Below are positions 1-8,271 of a stretch of 32,000 nucleotides of DNA, piece after piece. Each line of letters begins with the position of its first letter. The first letter of the stretch is position 1. The position numbers and the translations under genes were made by a program. This stretch comes from an uncultured Actinomycetes bacterium. Lineage in GTDB: Bacteria > Actinomycetota > Thermoleophilia > UBA2241. The stretch is taken from the NCBI GenBank assembly GCA_963709345.1, contig CAVPVX010000007.1, positions 220,881-252,880 on the forward strand. The letters run 5' to 3'. The notes beneath the pieces are model-generated. The model ran no database searches and was not told where the DNA came from. It saw nothing but the letters and a program-made list of their open reading frames with translations.

Positions 1-71
1 GCGCCCCGTCCCCTCGCCGCATCGGCTGAGCCCGCCGCGGCGGCCCCCGCTCGGCCTCTTTGAGCCGGCAA

Positions 72-1910
72 TCAGCCTTCTTCGGCCCTCGGCTTGCGCC
101 GCAACAGAAGGAGGATGACGGCGACCACGACGACCACTGCGACCACGATCACGATGATCAGCGTCGTACTTGAGCCGCCGGAGCTCTCCGTCGCGGCGAC
201 CTTGGGCCCGACGTTGTAGTAGTTGCTCACGTTATCGCTGATGTAGGCGATCGCGCCGCTGCCCTCCGGGATGCGCCGCCAGCCGTCCCACCTCTCCGTG
301 TTCCACGCCTGCAGCGTCTTCGGATATGTGAGGTTGATGTACGGCGACTCCTCGTAGAAGAGCTCCTGCATCCGGTACGTGATCTCCTTGCGCTTCTGCG
401 GGTCGAGCTCCTGCGACTGCTGCTGCCAGAGGTCGTCGTACTCCTTGCTGGACCAGCAGGCGTCGTTCTGGTTCTCGATCTGCTCCGTGCGGAAGTAGCC
501 CAGGCGACGGCCGGGATCCGAGCCGCTGGGCTGCCACTGCCAGATGTAGATGTCGTAGTCGGGCTTGTAGGTGTCGCCCGCGTAGTTGTAGCCACCGTCG
601 ATGAGCGTGCCGTTGTCCTCGACGGAGTACTCTATGTCGAGGCCGAGATCCTCCCACCAGCCGGTTATGAGCTTGCCCATGACCTGGCTCTGCGGCGACT
701 CGACGCGTGACCAGAGCCGCAGCTTGATGTTCTTGCCGCCGTTCTTGGGATCATTGAGTATGCCGTCGCCGTCGGTGTCCGTGTAGCCGGCGTCGGCGAG
801 GAGCTCGCCGGCCTTCGCCGGGTCGAACGTGTACTCGACGTCCGCCGGCGGCTGCCAATGCCAGTCGAGCTCCGGGTCGTAGAAGTCGACCTCGAAGATC
901 GAGGTCGCCGGATCCGCGTACCCCTGGTACGCGAGGTCGGCCATCTTCTGCTTGTCGATGCCCCAGTTGAGCGCCTGGCGGAACTTGACGTCCTTCAGCA
1001 CCGGATTGCCCAGTGACGGACCCTCGTAGCAGTTGAACGACAGGTAGTCGAAGGCCTTCTGCGAGCACGCTTCGGCCTCGATTCCCGATTCGCCCTGCAA
1101 CGCTGCGACCTGGGCCGGCGGGATGTTGATCGCCAGGTCGATGGTGCCCAGCTTGAGGTCCTGAGCCAGGGTGTCCTGGTTCTTGTAGACCTGGAAGATG
1201 AGCTCGTCGACCTTGGGCGTCCCGCCCCAGTACTCCTTGTTGGCGACGCAGCGGACGAACTTGCCCTTCTGCCACTCGACGACCTGGAACGGCCCCGAGC
1301 CGACGATCGGCGGCCGGTTCAGGTACTTGTTGATCTGTTCGTAGCTTGTGAACTTGCCCCAGACGTGCTCGGGGATGATCGGCGCCCACATGGCGAGGAC
1401 GTCCGCCTTGGGCCGGTCGCACTCGATGACCAGCGTGGTGTCGTCCGGAGCGGTGGCCTGCTTGATGCCGTCGAGCGCCGAGAGAAACGCGCCGAGCTCG
1501 TACTCCTTCTGGAAGTTGTAGGTGAAGGCGATGTCGCTCGCGGTCAGCGGCTCGCCGTCCGACCACTTGACGCCCTCGCGGATCTTGAACGTCCAGGTGA
1601 GACCGTCTTCGCTCGTGGTCCAGCTCTCGGCGAGGCCGGGCTCGGTCTGCAGGTAGTCGTCGCCGTAGTTGGTGAGGAAGTCGTAGCTCACGTGGTAGAG
1701 CTCGTAAGACGACTGCTCGATACCGACGAACGGGTTGAGGTTGTCCGGGTCGGTCGTCCACCCGACCTTGAGCGTGACCGGCCCGCCGCCGGGCGAGGCG
1801 CTCGGGTCGGAGGCGGCCGCGGCGGCGAGCCCCCAGACGAGCCCGGCGGCGAGCACCGCCACGACGGAGAGCAAGAGCACTCTCGACATGAACCGTGAAC
1901 GCGCAGCCAT
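72..1910 (-). CDS. ABC-transporter substrate-binding protein, family 5 (DppA/OppA peptide/nickel type), Sec-type signal peptide plus C-terminal TM anchor
   Basis: Track ORF 72..2069 reads as a family-5 SBP throughout. I moved the start to the ATG at 1910 (MAARSRFMSRVLLLSVVAVLAAGLVWGLAAAAAS, a signal peptide with no lipobox Cys), which is preceded by AAAGGAAGG. The 53 upstream codons are Arg/Pro-rich filler. The C-terminus is SSGGSSTT plus about 22 hydrophobic residues plus RRKPR. Confidence 0.85.
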   Translation of the reverse strand: MAARSRFMSRVLLLSVVAVLAAGLVWGLAAAAASDPSASPGGGPVTLKVGWTTDPDNLNPFVGIEQSSYELYHVSYDFLTNYGDDYLQTEPGLAESWTTSEDGLTWTFKIREGVKWSDGEPLTASDIAFTYNFQKEYELGAFLSALDGIKQATAPDDTTLVIECDRPKADVLAMWAPIIPEHVWGKFTSYEQINKYLNRPPIVGSGPFQVVEWQKGKFVRCVANKEYWGGTPKVDELIFQVYKNQDTLAQDLKLGTIDLAINIPPAQVAALQGESGIEAEACSQKAFDYLSFNCYEGPSLGNPVLKDVKFRQALNWGIDKQKMADLAYQGYADPATSIFEVDFYDPELDWHWQPPADVEYTFDPAKAGELLADAGYTDTDGDGILNDPKNGGKNIKLRLWSRVESPQSQVMGKLITGWWEDLGLDIEYSVEDNGTLIDGGYNYAGDTYKPDYDIYIWQWQPSGSDPGRRLGYFRTEQIENQNDACWSSKEYDDLWQQQSQELDPQKRKEITYRMQELFYEESPYINLTYPKTLQAWNTERWDGWRRIPEGSGAIAYISDNVSNYYNVGPKVAATESSGGSSTTLIIVIVVAVVVVVAVILLLLRRKPRAEEG

Positions 1911-2164
1911 GAGACCTTCCTTTCTGCGCACGACCGATGAGCCGACCACCCCGCTCCCGGGAGAGTCGCGCGGCGCCCCCCGGCCCCGCGATGGAAGAGT
2001 ATGCACTCCCGCGGTCGCGGCGCAAGGGGCCGCATCGCCACGCCGGGCAGACTCCCTGAGTGATGACACGGTTACGGCCGCACCTGACGCGGATAGACTC
2101 CGGCAACAAGGGAGCGCACGGGTGTCTACTTGCGCCGGTCGGCAGCGTCATCCCGGGAGGTGGC

Positions 2165-2818
2165 ATGACAATCGAAGAGCGCGCGCGAGATTTCGCCGTC
2201 GCGCTTGTCGCTATGGACCGCGTGCAAGCTGAGGAAGCGCTCCGCGCAGCCGCGGAGGAATCTGACGCCCCGACCGTCACCGAAGATGTCGTCACGCCCG
2301 CTCTCGAGAGGATCGGCGGTGACTGGGAACAAGGGGTGATCTCTCTCGCCCAGCTGTACATGGCCGGCCGGATCGCCGAACAGGTGGTGAGCGAGAAGCT
2401 GCCCTCCATGGCGACGCGCAAGGGCGAACGCCCTCAGCTGGCGATCGCCGTCCTCGAGGACCACCACACTCTCGGCAAGAGACTCGTACTCTCGGCTCTG
2501 CGCGCTTCGGGGCACGCCGTCGCCGACTACGGTCACGGCGTGCCCGTCGAACGCCTGGTACAACGATGCGACGCCGACAAGCCACGCGTGCTCCTCATCT
2601 CGACATTGATGCTTCCGGCGGCCCTCCGCGTGCGCGACGTCGTCCGTCAACTGGCGCTGCCCGGATCGCCGCCGGCCGTGGTCGTCGGCGGCGCCCCCTT
2701 CCGTCTCGATCCCGACCTGTGGCGAGAGGTCGGCGCCGACGCCGCCGGCCGTAATTCGACAGAGGCCGTTCGATTGGTCGACCATTTCCTGGGAGGTACG
2801 CGATGCCGGCGGAGATGA
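2165..2818 (+). CDS. Corrinoid (cobalamin-binding) protein, MtaC/MtbC-like, with B12-binding_2 helical cap and B12-binding Rossmann domain
   Basis: DxHxxG cobalamin lower-ligand motif EDHHTLGK at nt 2459-2476. N-terminal cap motif TPALERIGGDWEQGVISLAQLYMA. ATG at 2165 follows GGGAGG (2152-2157). The track ORF start at 2060 adds non-coding-looking residues. Confidence 0.85.
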   Translation: MTIEERARDFAVALVAMDRVQAEEALRAAAEESDAPTVTEDVVTPALERIGGDWEQGVISLAQLYMAGRIAEQVVSEKLPSMATRKGERPQLAIAVLEDHHTLGKRLVLSALRASGHAVADYGHGVPVERLVQRCDADKPRVLLISTLMLPAALRVRDVVRQLALPGSPPAVVVGGAPFRLDPDLWREVGADAAGRNSTEAVRLVDHFLGGTRCRRR

Positions 2819-3849
2819 CGTCCCTCGAGCGCGTCCTCACCACACTCGGTCACCGCGAGCCCGACCGCGTGCCCCTCTTCCTCCTCGTCACGATGCACGG
2901 CGCGAAGGAACTGGGCATGGGTCTGCAAGAGTACTTCTCGAAGGGAGAGAACGTCGCCGAAGGTCAGCTGCGCCTTCGCGAGAAGTACGGGCACGACTGC
3001 CTTTACGGCATCCTCTACGCCCCGCTCGAAGTCGAGGCTTGGGGCGGCGAGGTGATCTTCCGCGAAGACGGACCTACGAATTCCGGTGAACCGTTGATCC
3101 TCGACGTCGAGCAGATCCGCGCTCTGGAGCCGCCCGACGTGGCGACGAGCCCGGTGCTCGGCCGCGCCCTGCGAGCCATCGAAATCCTCAAGGAGCGCTC
3201 GCACGACGTGCCCATCGTCGGCTCCGTCGTGTCGCCCTTCTCCCTGCCGGTCATGCAGCTCGGCTTCGAGGCCTATCTCGACCTCATGGTCGAGCGCCGC
3301 GACTTGTTCGACCGCCTGATGGCCGTGAACGAAGAGTTCTGCGTGGCGTGGGCAAACGCCCAGTTCGCAGCCGGGGCCACAGCCGTCGCCTACTTCGACC
3401 CGGTCTCTTCCACGACGTGCGTCACGCCGCAGATGTATCTGGGCACCGGCTTCAAGGTGGCGCAGCGCACCATCGCCCGTATCCAGGGCCCCACGGCCAC
3501 GCACTTCGCCTCCGGACGCTGCGCCGGCATCATCGACGACGTGGCGCAGACCGGCACCGCGGGCGTCGGGGTGAGTGGCGAGGAGGATCTCGCCGCACTC
3601 AAACGAGCCGCCGCCGGCAAGCTCACCTTGCTCGGCAACCTCAATGGGATCACCATGCGCAACTGGACGGCGGAGCAGGCGGAGGCCGAGGTCAAGGCGG
3701 CCATCGCCGCAGCCGCTCCCGGCGGCGGGTTCATCCTCTCGGACAACCACGGCGAGATCCCCTTCCAGGTGCCCGACGAGGTCCTGCACGCGATCGCCGC
3801 AGCGACGCGCCGCTGGGGACGGTACCCCATCGACTGGGTCGATGACTGA
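2803..3849 (+). CDS. Uroporphyrinogen-decarboxylase (URO-D) family methyltransferase, MtaA/MtbA/CmuA-like (methylcorrinoid-dependent)
   Basis: 348 aa. The N-terminus (SLERVLTTLGHREPDRVPLFLL) and overall length are typical of MtaA-type URO-D proteins. GGGAGG at 2791-2796 lies 6 nt before the ATG at 2803. The gene overlaps the corrinoid gene by 16 nt. Confidence 0.8.
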   Translation: MPAEMTSLERVLTTLGHREPDRVPLFLLVTMHGAKELGMGLQEYFSKGENVAEGQLRLREKYGHDCLYGILYAPLEVEAWGGEVIFREDGPTNSGEPLILDVEQIRALEPPDVATSPVLGRALRAIEILKERSHDVPIVGSVVSPFSLPVMQLGFEAYLDLMVERRDLFDRLMAVNEEFCVAWANAQFAAGATAVAYFDPVSSTTCVTPQMYLGTGFKVAQRTIARIQGPTATHFASGRCAGIIDDVAQTGTAGVGVSGEEDLAALKRAAAGKLTLLGNLNGITMRNWTAEQAEAEVKAAIAAAAPGGGFILSDNHGEIPFQVPDEVLHAIAAATRRWGRYPIDWVDD

Positions 3850-5848
3850 CGGCAGACTCAGGATCCACGTCTGCACGAACTTCGCTCCCGATGTGCGCGC
3901 GGCGCTGCCAAAGCAACTGGAAAGCGGCGTCGAGGTCGTGGAGTTCGCCGCCGACTGCGTCGGGTCGCAAGCCGACTGCGAGGCGTCCTGCGAGCGGATG
4001 CTCGATCCGGACGCCGCGCGCACGCAGTCGATGGCCGGCGACTCGCGGATCACGATCTCGCACACGGCCGGTGGAGACGACGTCTGTGCCCTGCGCTGCA
4101 CCGGCCCCGCCGGCTACCGGCTCGTCAACCACGAGATCGCCGAGCAGCTCGTCGCCGACGGCGCCTACCTTCTCACCCCAGGCTGGGCGCAGCGGTGGCG
4201 GAGCTATCTGCGAGCCCAGGGCTTCGATCGAACGCTCGCAAGGCAGTACTTCCACGAATTCGCCTCGCAACTGGTACTGCTCGACACCGGCACCGACCCA
4301 CAGGCGCTGGAGCGTCTCCACGAGATGGGCGTCTTCCTCGACCTGCCCACACGACGGCTGCCGTGTGGCCTCGACTACCTCCGGCTGTTCCTCACCGGCC
4401 TGGTGCTCGAATGGCGGCTGGACTCCCGGGGCGCGGCGCGTGACGGGGTCGATGACCAGGCCGCGGCCCGGCAGGCCGAGTACGCCGTCACACTCGACAT
4501 GCTGGGCACCCTGACTGGTCTCACCGACGAGGACGAGGTCGCCGACCGAGTGCTCGACCTGATCACGCTGCTCTTCGCGCCCGGCCGGCTGCATCTGCTG
4601 ACCATCGAGGGTGGGCGGCCGGGCGAGTTGCGTTCCCGTCCCTCGACACCGACGCCTGCGGCCCGGACGATCGCGGCACGGCTTGCTGCGCTGACCGGAG
4701 ACTTCGAGCTCACTGACGACGGATTCCTCCTGCTCGTCGGGAACGGCGACGACCGCGCCGCTGTCGAGCTCGGCGACTTCGCCCTGCCCGACAAGCGCGA
4801 TGATTACCTCAATCTTGCGCTCACCCTGGCCGGCGCCTTCGACCTCGCCCTGGCGAACTCGCGCAGCTTCGGGCGCCTGGAGCGCGCCCGCCTGGAGCTG
4901 AGCGCTTCCGAAGAGCGGTATCGCGCGCTCATGGAGCAGGCCACCGACGCGATAGTGCTCGTCGACGTCAAGGGGTCGGTCCTGGAAGCGAACGGTCAGG
5001 CGCTACGCCTGATGGGCAAGCCCCGCGACGAAGTCGTGGGGCTTCCTGCAGAGGCTCTGCACGCCGGCGCCATCCAACACGCGATGCACGGCTGTCTGGA
5101 GGGCCTCCTCAGAGACGGCGTCGCCGCCGTCGACGACATTCGCCTGACGCGACCAGACGGTGAAGAGGCCGTCATCGACGCCAGGTTCTCCATGGTCAGC
5201 GTCGCCGGCCGGCGCATCGCTCAGGGTATCTTCCGCGACGTCACGGAGCGTGAGCGCTCGGCGCGGATGCTCGAGGCGCTGTCGCTCGAAGACCCCCTGA
5301 CCGGGCTGCGCAATCGGCGCGGCTTCACGATTCTGGCCGAGCAGGAGCTCAAAACGGCGGCCCGTCTCGGTCGGCCGCTTCTCCTGCTCTACGCCGACCT
5401 CGACGGGCTGAAGCCGATCAACGACGGACAGGGCCATGCGGCCGGCGACAGCCTCCTGCGAGAGACGGCGGAAGTGCTGTCCGGCTGCTTCCGCGACATG
5501 GACGTCGTCGCCCGGGTCGGCGGTGACGAGTTCGCGATCCTGCAGATCGACGCCGCCGCCGGAGCGGAAGCGTCCGTCCGCAGGCGGCTGGAGCTGGCGA
5601 CCGCGGCGGTCAACGCGAGGCCGGACCGCCGCTACATCCTCTCGCTCTCAGTTGGCGCCGTCGCGTTCGACCCGGCGGCGCCCGCGGCGCTTGATGACCT
5701 GCTGCGGCTCGCCGACGCGCGCATGTACGCGGACAAACGAGCCCGGAAGGCGGGCAACACAGGCCGCGACCGGCAGCGAAGAGGCGTCGCCACGGCCCGA
5801 GAGCCGGGCGGCGCGCGCACGGAGGGCCCCGCCGCGCCTGGTCGATGA
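3842..5848 (+). CDS. Multidomain diguanylate cyclase: N-terminal DUF1638-like domain, GAF-like region, PAS, GGDEF (with I-site)
   Basis: The ATG at 3842 overlaps the stop of the methyltransferase gene by 8 nt; the track ORF start at 3575 is a shadow extension. The N-terminal ~195 aa (RIHVCTNFAPDV...AYLLTPGWAQRWRSYL...LVLLDTG...CGLDYLRLFL) resembles DUF1638. PAS begins near SEERYRALMEQATDAIVLVD. GGDEF lies at nt 5519-5533, and RDMD (RxxD, nt 5492-5503) sits five residues upstream, as in PleD-type I-sites. Confidence 0.8.
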   Translation: MTDGRLRIHVCTNFAPDVRAALPKQLESGVEVVEFAADCVGSQADCEASCERMLDPDAARTQSMAGDSRITISHTAGGDDVCALRCTGPAGYRLVNHEIAEQLVADGAYLLTPGWAQRWRSYLRAQGFDRTLARQYFHEFASQLVLLDTGTDPQALERLHEMGVFLDLPTRRLPCGLDYLRLFLTGLVLEWRLDSRGAARDGVDDQAAARQAEYAVTLDMLGTLTGLTDEDEVADRVLDLITLLFAPGRLHLLTIEGGRPGELRSRPSTPTPAARTIAARLAALTGDFELTDDGFLLLVGNGDDRAAVELGDFALPDKRDDYLNLALTLAGAFDLALANSRSFGRLERARLELSASEERYRALMEQATDAIVLVDVKGSVLEANGQALRLMGKPRDEVVGLPAEALHAGAIQHAMHGCLEGLLRDGVAAVDDIRLTRPDGEEAVIDARFSMVSVAGRRIAQGIFRDVTERERSARMLEALSLEDPLTGLRNRRGFTILAEQELKTAARLGRPLLLLYADLDGLKPINDGQGHAAGDSLLRETAEVLSGCFRDMDVVARVGGDEFAILQIDAAAGAEASVRRRLELATAAVNARPDRRYILSLSVGAVAFDPAAPAALDDLLRLADARMYADKRARKAGNTGRDRQRRGVATAREPGGARTEGPAAPGR

Positions 5849-6266
5849 AGGCGAACCCCCGCTCGAACACCCGGCCGCAGGCGGCGGCCACGCCCGGGTC
5901 GTAGAGGCGGCCGGGCTTGGTGAGGATCTCCGCCGGCGCCGCCACCTCGCCGATGTCGTGGACCTCACCGGCGAGGATCAGCGTCTCGAGGGCCTCGCCG
6001 TCGATGCCGGGCTCGACCGCGAGCGCCACGGCAAACTGCGTCACGCGGCGCTCGTGGCCGTCGGGGCACGGGTCGCGCGTCTCCACCAGCGCGCCGACGG
6101 TGTCGCGGACCAACTCGCCACGCGAATGCACAGACCGGATCTCGCCGTCGTGATCCACTACTGCAGACGAGAACGAGAAGGCGTCGTTCAGGCCGTCGAA
6201 CAGATCGTGGAGCTTGAGAGCGTCCAGCAGGTCCCCGAGCTTGCAGCGCGACGGCACGGTCATCAT
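5610..6266 (-). pseudogene. HD-GYP-type phosphodiesterase domain remnant, C-terminally truncated
   Basis: ETRDPCPDGHERRVTQFAVALA and GEVHDIGEVAAPAEILTKPGRLY match the first half of HD-GYP domains (RD-x-YT-x-GH-x-RV and HDIGK...KPG-x-L). The HHE...GYP half is absent. Beyond about nt 5876 the frame becomes Arg/Ala/Pro filler with mixed third positions, and it overlaps the GGDEF gene tail by 239 nt. Confidence 0.45.
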
Positions 6267-6540
6267 CCCTCACCCGTCATGACGGTCGATCGCCTCTCTC
6301 CGCACGGTCTCGTGTCCCCCAAGAACCGCCGCGCCGGCGGTCGTCTCGTGAGCTTCGCCCAGACATGATGCACCCACCGATCGTGCATCGGCACGCACTG
6401 CCGCAGACTGTGCTGCGGCCCGTCTGCCCTGTGCTGCCGCAGAGCCGTGTCGAGCCATCCCCTCTAAGGTAGACTTGCCCCGCGCCACTCGCGGGCCGCG
6501 CACAGGGCGCGGCCCGCCGACACGAGGGAAGGAGGGCGAC

Positions 6541-7410
6541 ATGACACTCAAGCTCGGTCTACCCAAGGGGAGCCTCGAGCACGCGACCATCGACCTCTTC
6601 CGCCGCGCCGGCTTTCTCATCACCGTCGCGGAGCGCTCCTACTTCCCGGCCATCGACGATCCGGACATCGAGTGCATGCTCGTGCGCGCCCAGGAGATGG
6701 CGCGCTACATCGAAGATGGCGCGCTCGACTGCGGCCTCACCGGCCGCGACTGGGTGGTCGAGAACGAGGCGACCGTCCACACCGTGAGCGACCTCGTGTA
6801 CGCCAAACAGAGCTTCGGCCGGGTCCGCTGGGTGCTCGCCGTCCCCGAGGCGTCCCCCGTCCGGACCGCCTCCGACCTCGAAGGCAAGATCGTCGCCACC
6901 GAACTCGTCGGCGTCACCAGGCGCTGGTTCGCCAAGCGCGACGTCGGCGCCAAGATCGAGTTCAGCTGGGGCGCCACCGAAGCCAAGCTGCCCGAGCTCG
7001 CGGACGCCATCGTGGAGGTCACCGAGACGGGCAGTTCCCTGCGCGCCAACAAGCTGCGCGTCGTCGAGACGGTGCTCGAGAGCACGACGCAGCTGATCGC
7101 CAACGAGTCCGCGTGGCAGGACGCGGACAAGCGCCGCAAGATCGAGGACGTCGCCATGCTTCTGCAGGGCGCCATCGCGGCTCTCGACAAGGTCGGGCTG
7201 ATGCTGAACGTCCAGGCCGGCGACCTCGACAGGGTGCTCGCCGTCCTCCCCGCGCTCCGCAACCCGACCATCTCGCACCTCAGTGACGAGGGCTGGCTCG
7301 CCGTCAACACGATCCTCGAAGAGAGCGTGGTGCGCACGATCATCCCCCGCCTGAAGGAAGCCGGCGCCGAGGGCATCGTCGAGTTCCCTCTCAACAAGAT
7401 CGTGATGTAG
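6541..7410 (+). CDS. hisG: ATP phosphoribosyltransferase, long form with C-terminal regulatory domain
   Basis: [25 protein letters not shown]... and ...[14 protein letters not shown]... are classic HisG motifs. The ATG at 6541 is preceded by GGGAAGGAGGG. No other his genes are adjacent. Confidence 0.9.
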   Translation: MTLKLGLPKGSLEHATIDLFRRAGFLITVAERSYFPAIDDPDIECMLVRAQEMARYIEDGALDCGLTGRDWVVENEATVHTVSDLVYAKQSFGRVRWVLAVPEASPVRTASDLEGKIVATELVGVTRRWFAKRDVGAKIEFSWGATEAKLPELADAIVEVTETGSSLRANKLRVVETVLESTTQLIANESAWQDADKRRKIEDVAMLLQGAIAALDKVGLMLNVQAGDLDRVLAVLPALRNPTISHLSDEGWLAVNTILEESVVRTIIPRLKEAGAEGIVEFPLNKIVM

Positions 7411-7428
7411 CCGCCGGCCGCAGCGTCC

Positions 7429-8190
7429 TCAGGCGCCGGGGAGCCGGCGAGCCGCCGCGAGCGCATCGCGCTCGCTCAGGCGGCCGTACGTCGGCGCCAG
7501 TTCGTGCGCCGTCACCGGCAGCCAGATGAACCCGTCGCGCTCGTCGCCCACCGGCGTCGCAAGGCCTTGGGCGAAGCGCCGGGCGGTGAGAGCGGCCGCG
7601 AGCGCATCGAGCGAGTCGTGGTCGAAGTAGCCGTCCCAGACGAGACCGGCCGCGCGGAGTGCGGCGACGCGCGCGTGCAGGCCGGCGCGGCCGGTCTTCG
7701 GCGGCGGGGTACCGCCGAGCAGGGTCACGAAGGTGGCGTGCGGGTACACCTCGAGCGCTGCCGGCGCCTGCCCGAGCGCCGCCGGCAGGGAGCCGGGGGC
7801 CGGCGGCTCGTAGCCGTGCCGGCCCAGCTCCTTGAAGTAGTCCCAGCCCGTCTGCATCCAGCCGTAGCGCGCGCCGGCCGCGACGGCCGCGGCGCGCGTC
7901 GGCACCTGGTAGATGGAGATGCGCCGCCCGGCGAGATCGGCGTCGCATGCCCGCGGGCGCGGAGCGCCTGCGGCGCGCGCCCGCCGCGGCCTCTGCGGCG
8001 CGTCGACGCCGACCGCGACCGCTCCAAGGCCGTCAAGCCACTCCAGCAGACGACCCCGGTCGCCGGCGATGCGCTCGTCGGACTCCCGCCAGCTCTCGAC
8101 TTCGAGCGTGCGCCCGCAGCGCAAGGCAACGGCCACGCATGGCCGGCTGGCGGCGATGTCGATCCCGACGACGACCTGCCCCGTATCCAT
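7429..8190 (-). CDS. DUF429 family protein (predicted RNase H-like fold)
   Basis: N-terminal VVGIDIAASR...GVDAPQ...CDADLAGRRISIYQVP pattern is typical of DUF429. TAGTCT lies 7 nt upstream of the ATG with no RBS, so the start looks leaderless. Confidence 0.6.
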   Translation of the reverse strand: MDTGQVVVGIDIAASRPCVAVALRCGRTLEVESWRESDERIAGDRGRLLEWLDGLGAVAVGVDAPQRPRRARAAGAPRPRACDADLAGRRISIYQVPTRAAAVAAGARYGWMQTGWDYFKELGRHGYEPPAPGSLPAALGQAPAALEVYPHATFVTLLGGTPPPKTGRAGLHARVAALRAAGLVWDGYFDHDSLDALAAALTARRFAQGLATPVGDERDGFIWLPVTAHELAPTYGRLSERDALAAARRLPGA

Positions 8191-8271
8191 ACGGGCAGAC
8201 TAGCAGACCCGGGAGCGGGGGCGAAGAGCCGGCGCCGTGACAGAAGGCCGAGAGCCCCAGCCGCCTGTGGA

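Noticed and set aside
1-22. Possible start (ATG at 22, minus strand, MRRGDGA...) of the next gene downstream of the SBP, for example an ABC permease.
   Set aside because: Only seven codons are visible and there is no clear RBS, so it cannot be supported.
1911-2164. Possible cobalamin riboswitch in the divergent region between the substrate-binding protein gene and the corrinoid operon.
   Set aside because: I looked on both strands for the B12 box (AGYCMGGAGACCKGCC-like) and the GGTGNNAANCC/GCCACTG core elements. I found only loose resemblances (for example CAGGGAGTCTGCCCGG), which is not enough to call. A covariance-model scan would settle it.
3575-3841. N-terminal extensions suggested by track ORF starts: 3575 for the diguanylate cyclase, 2060 for the corrinoid protein, 2069 for the SBP, 26124 for ABC-F, 9050 for the PH-domain protein.
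   Set aside because: The extensions overlap neighbouring genes in other frames, are compositionally filler-like, and lack an RBS. Internal starts have Shine-Dalgarno sequences and give canonical N-termini.
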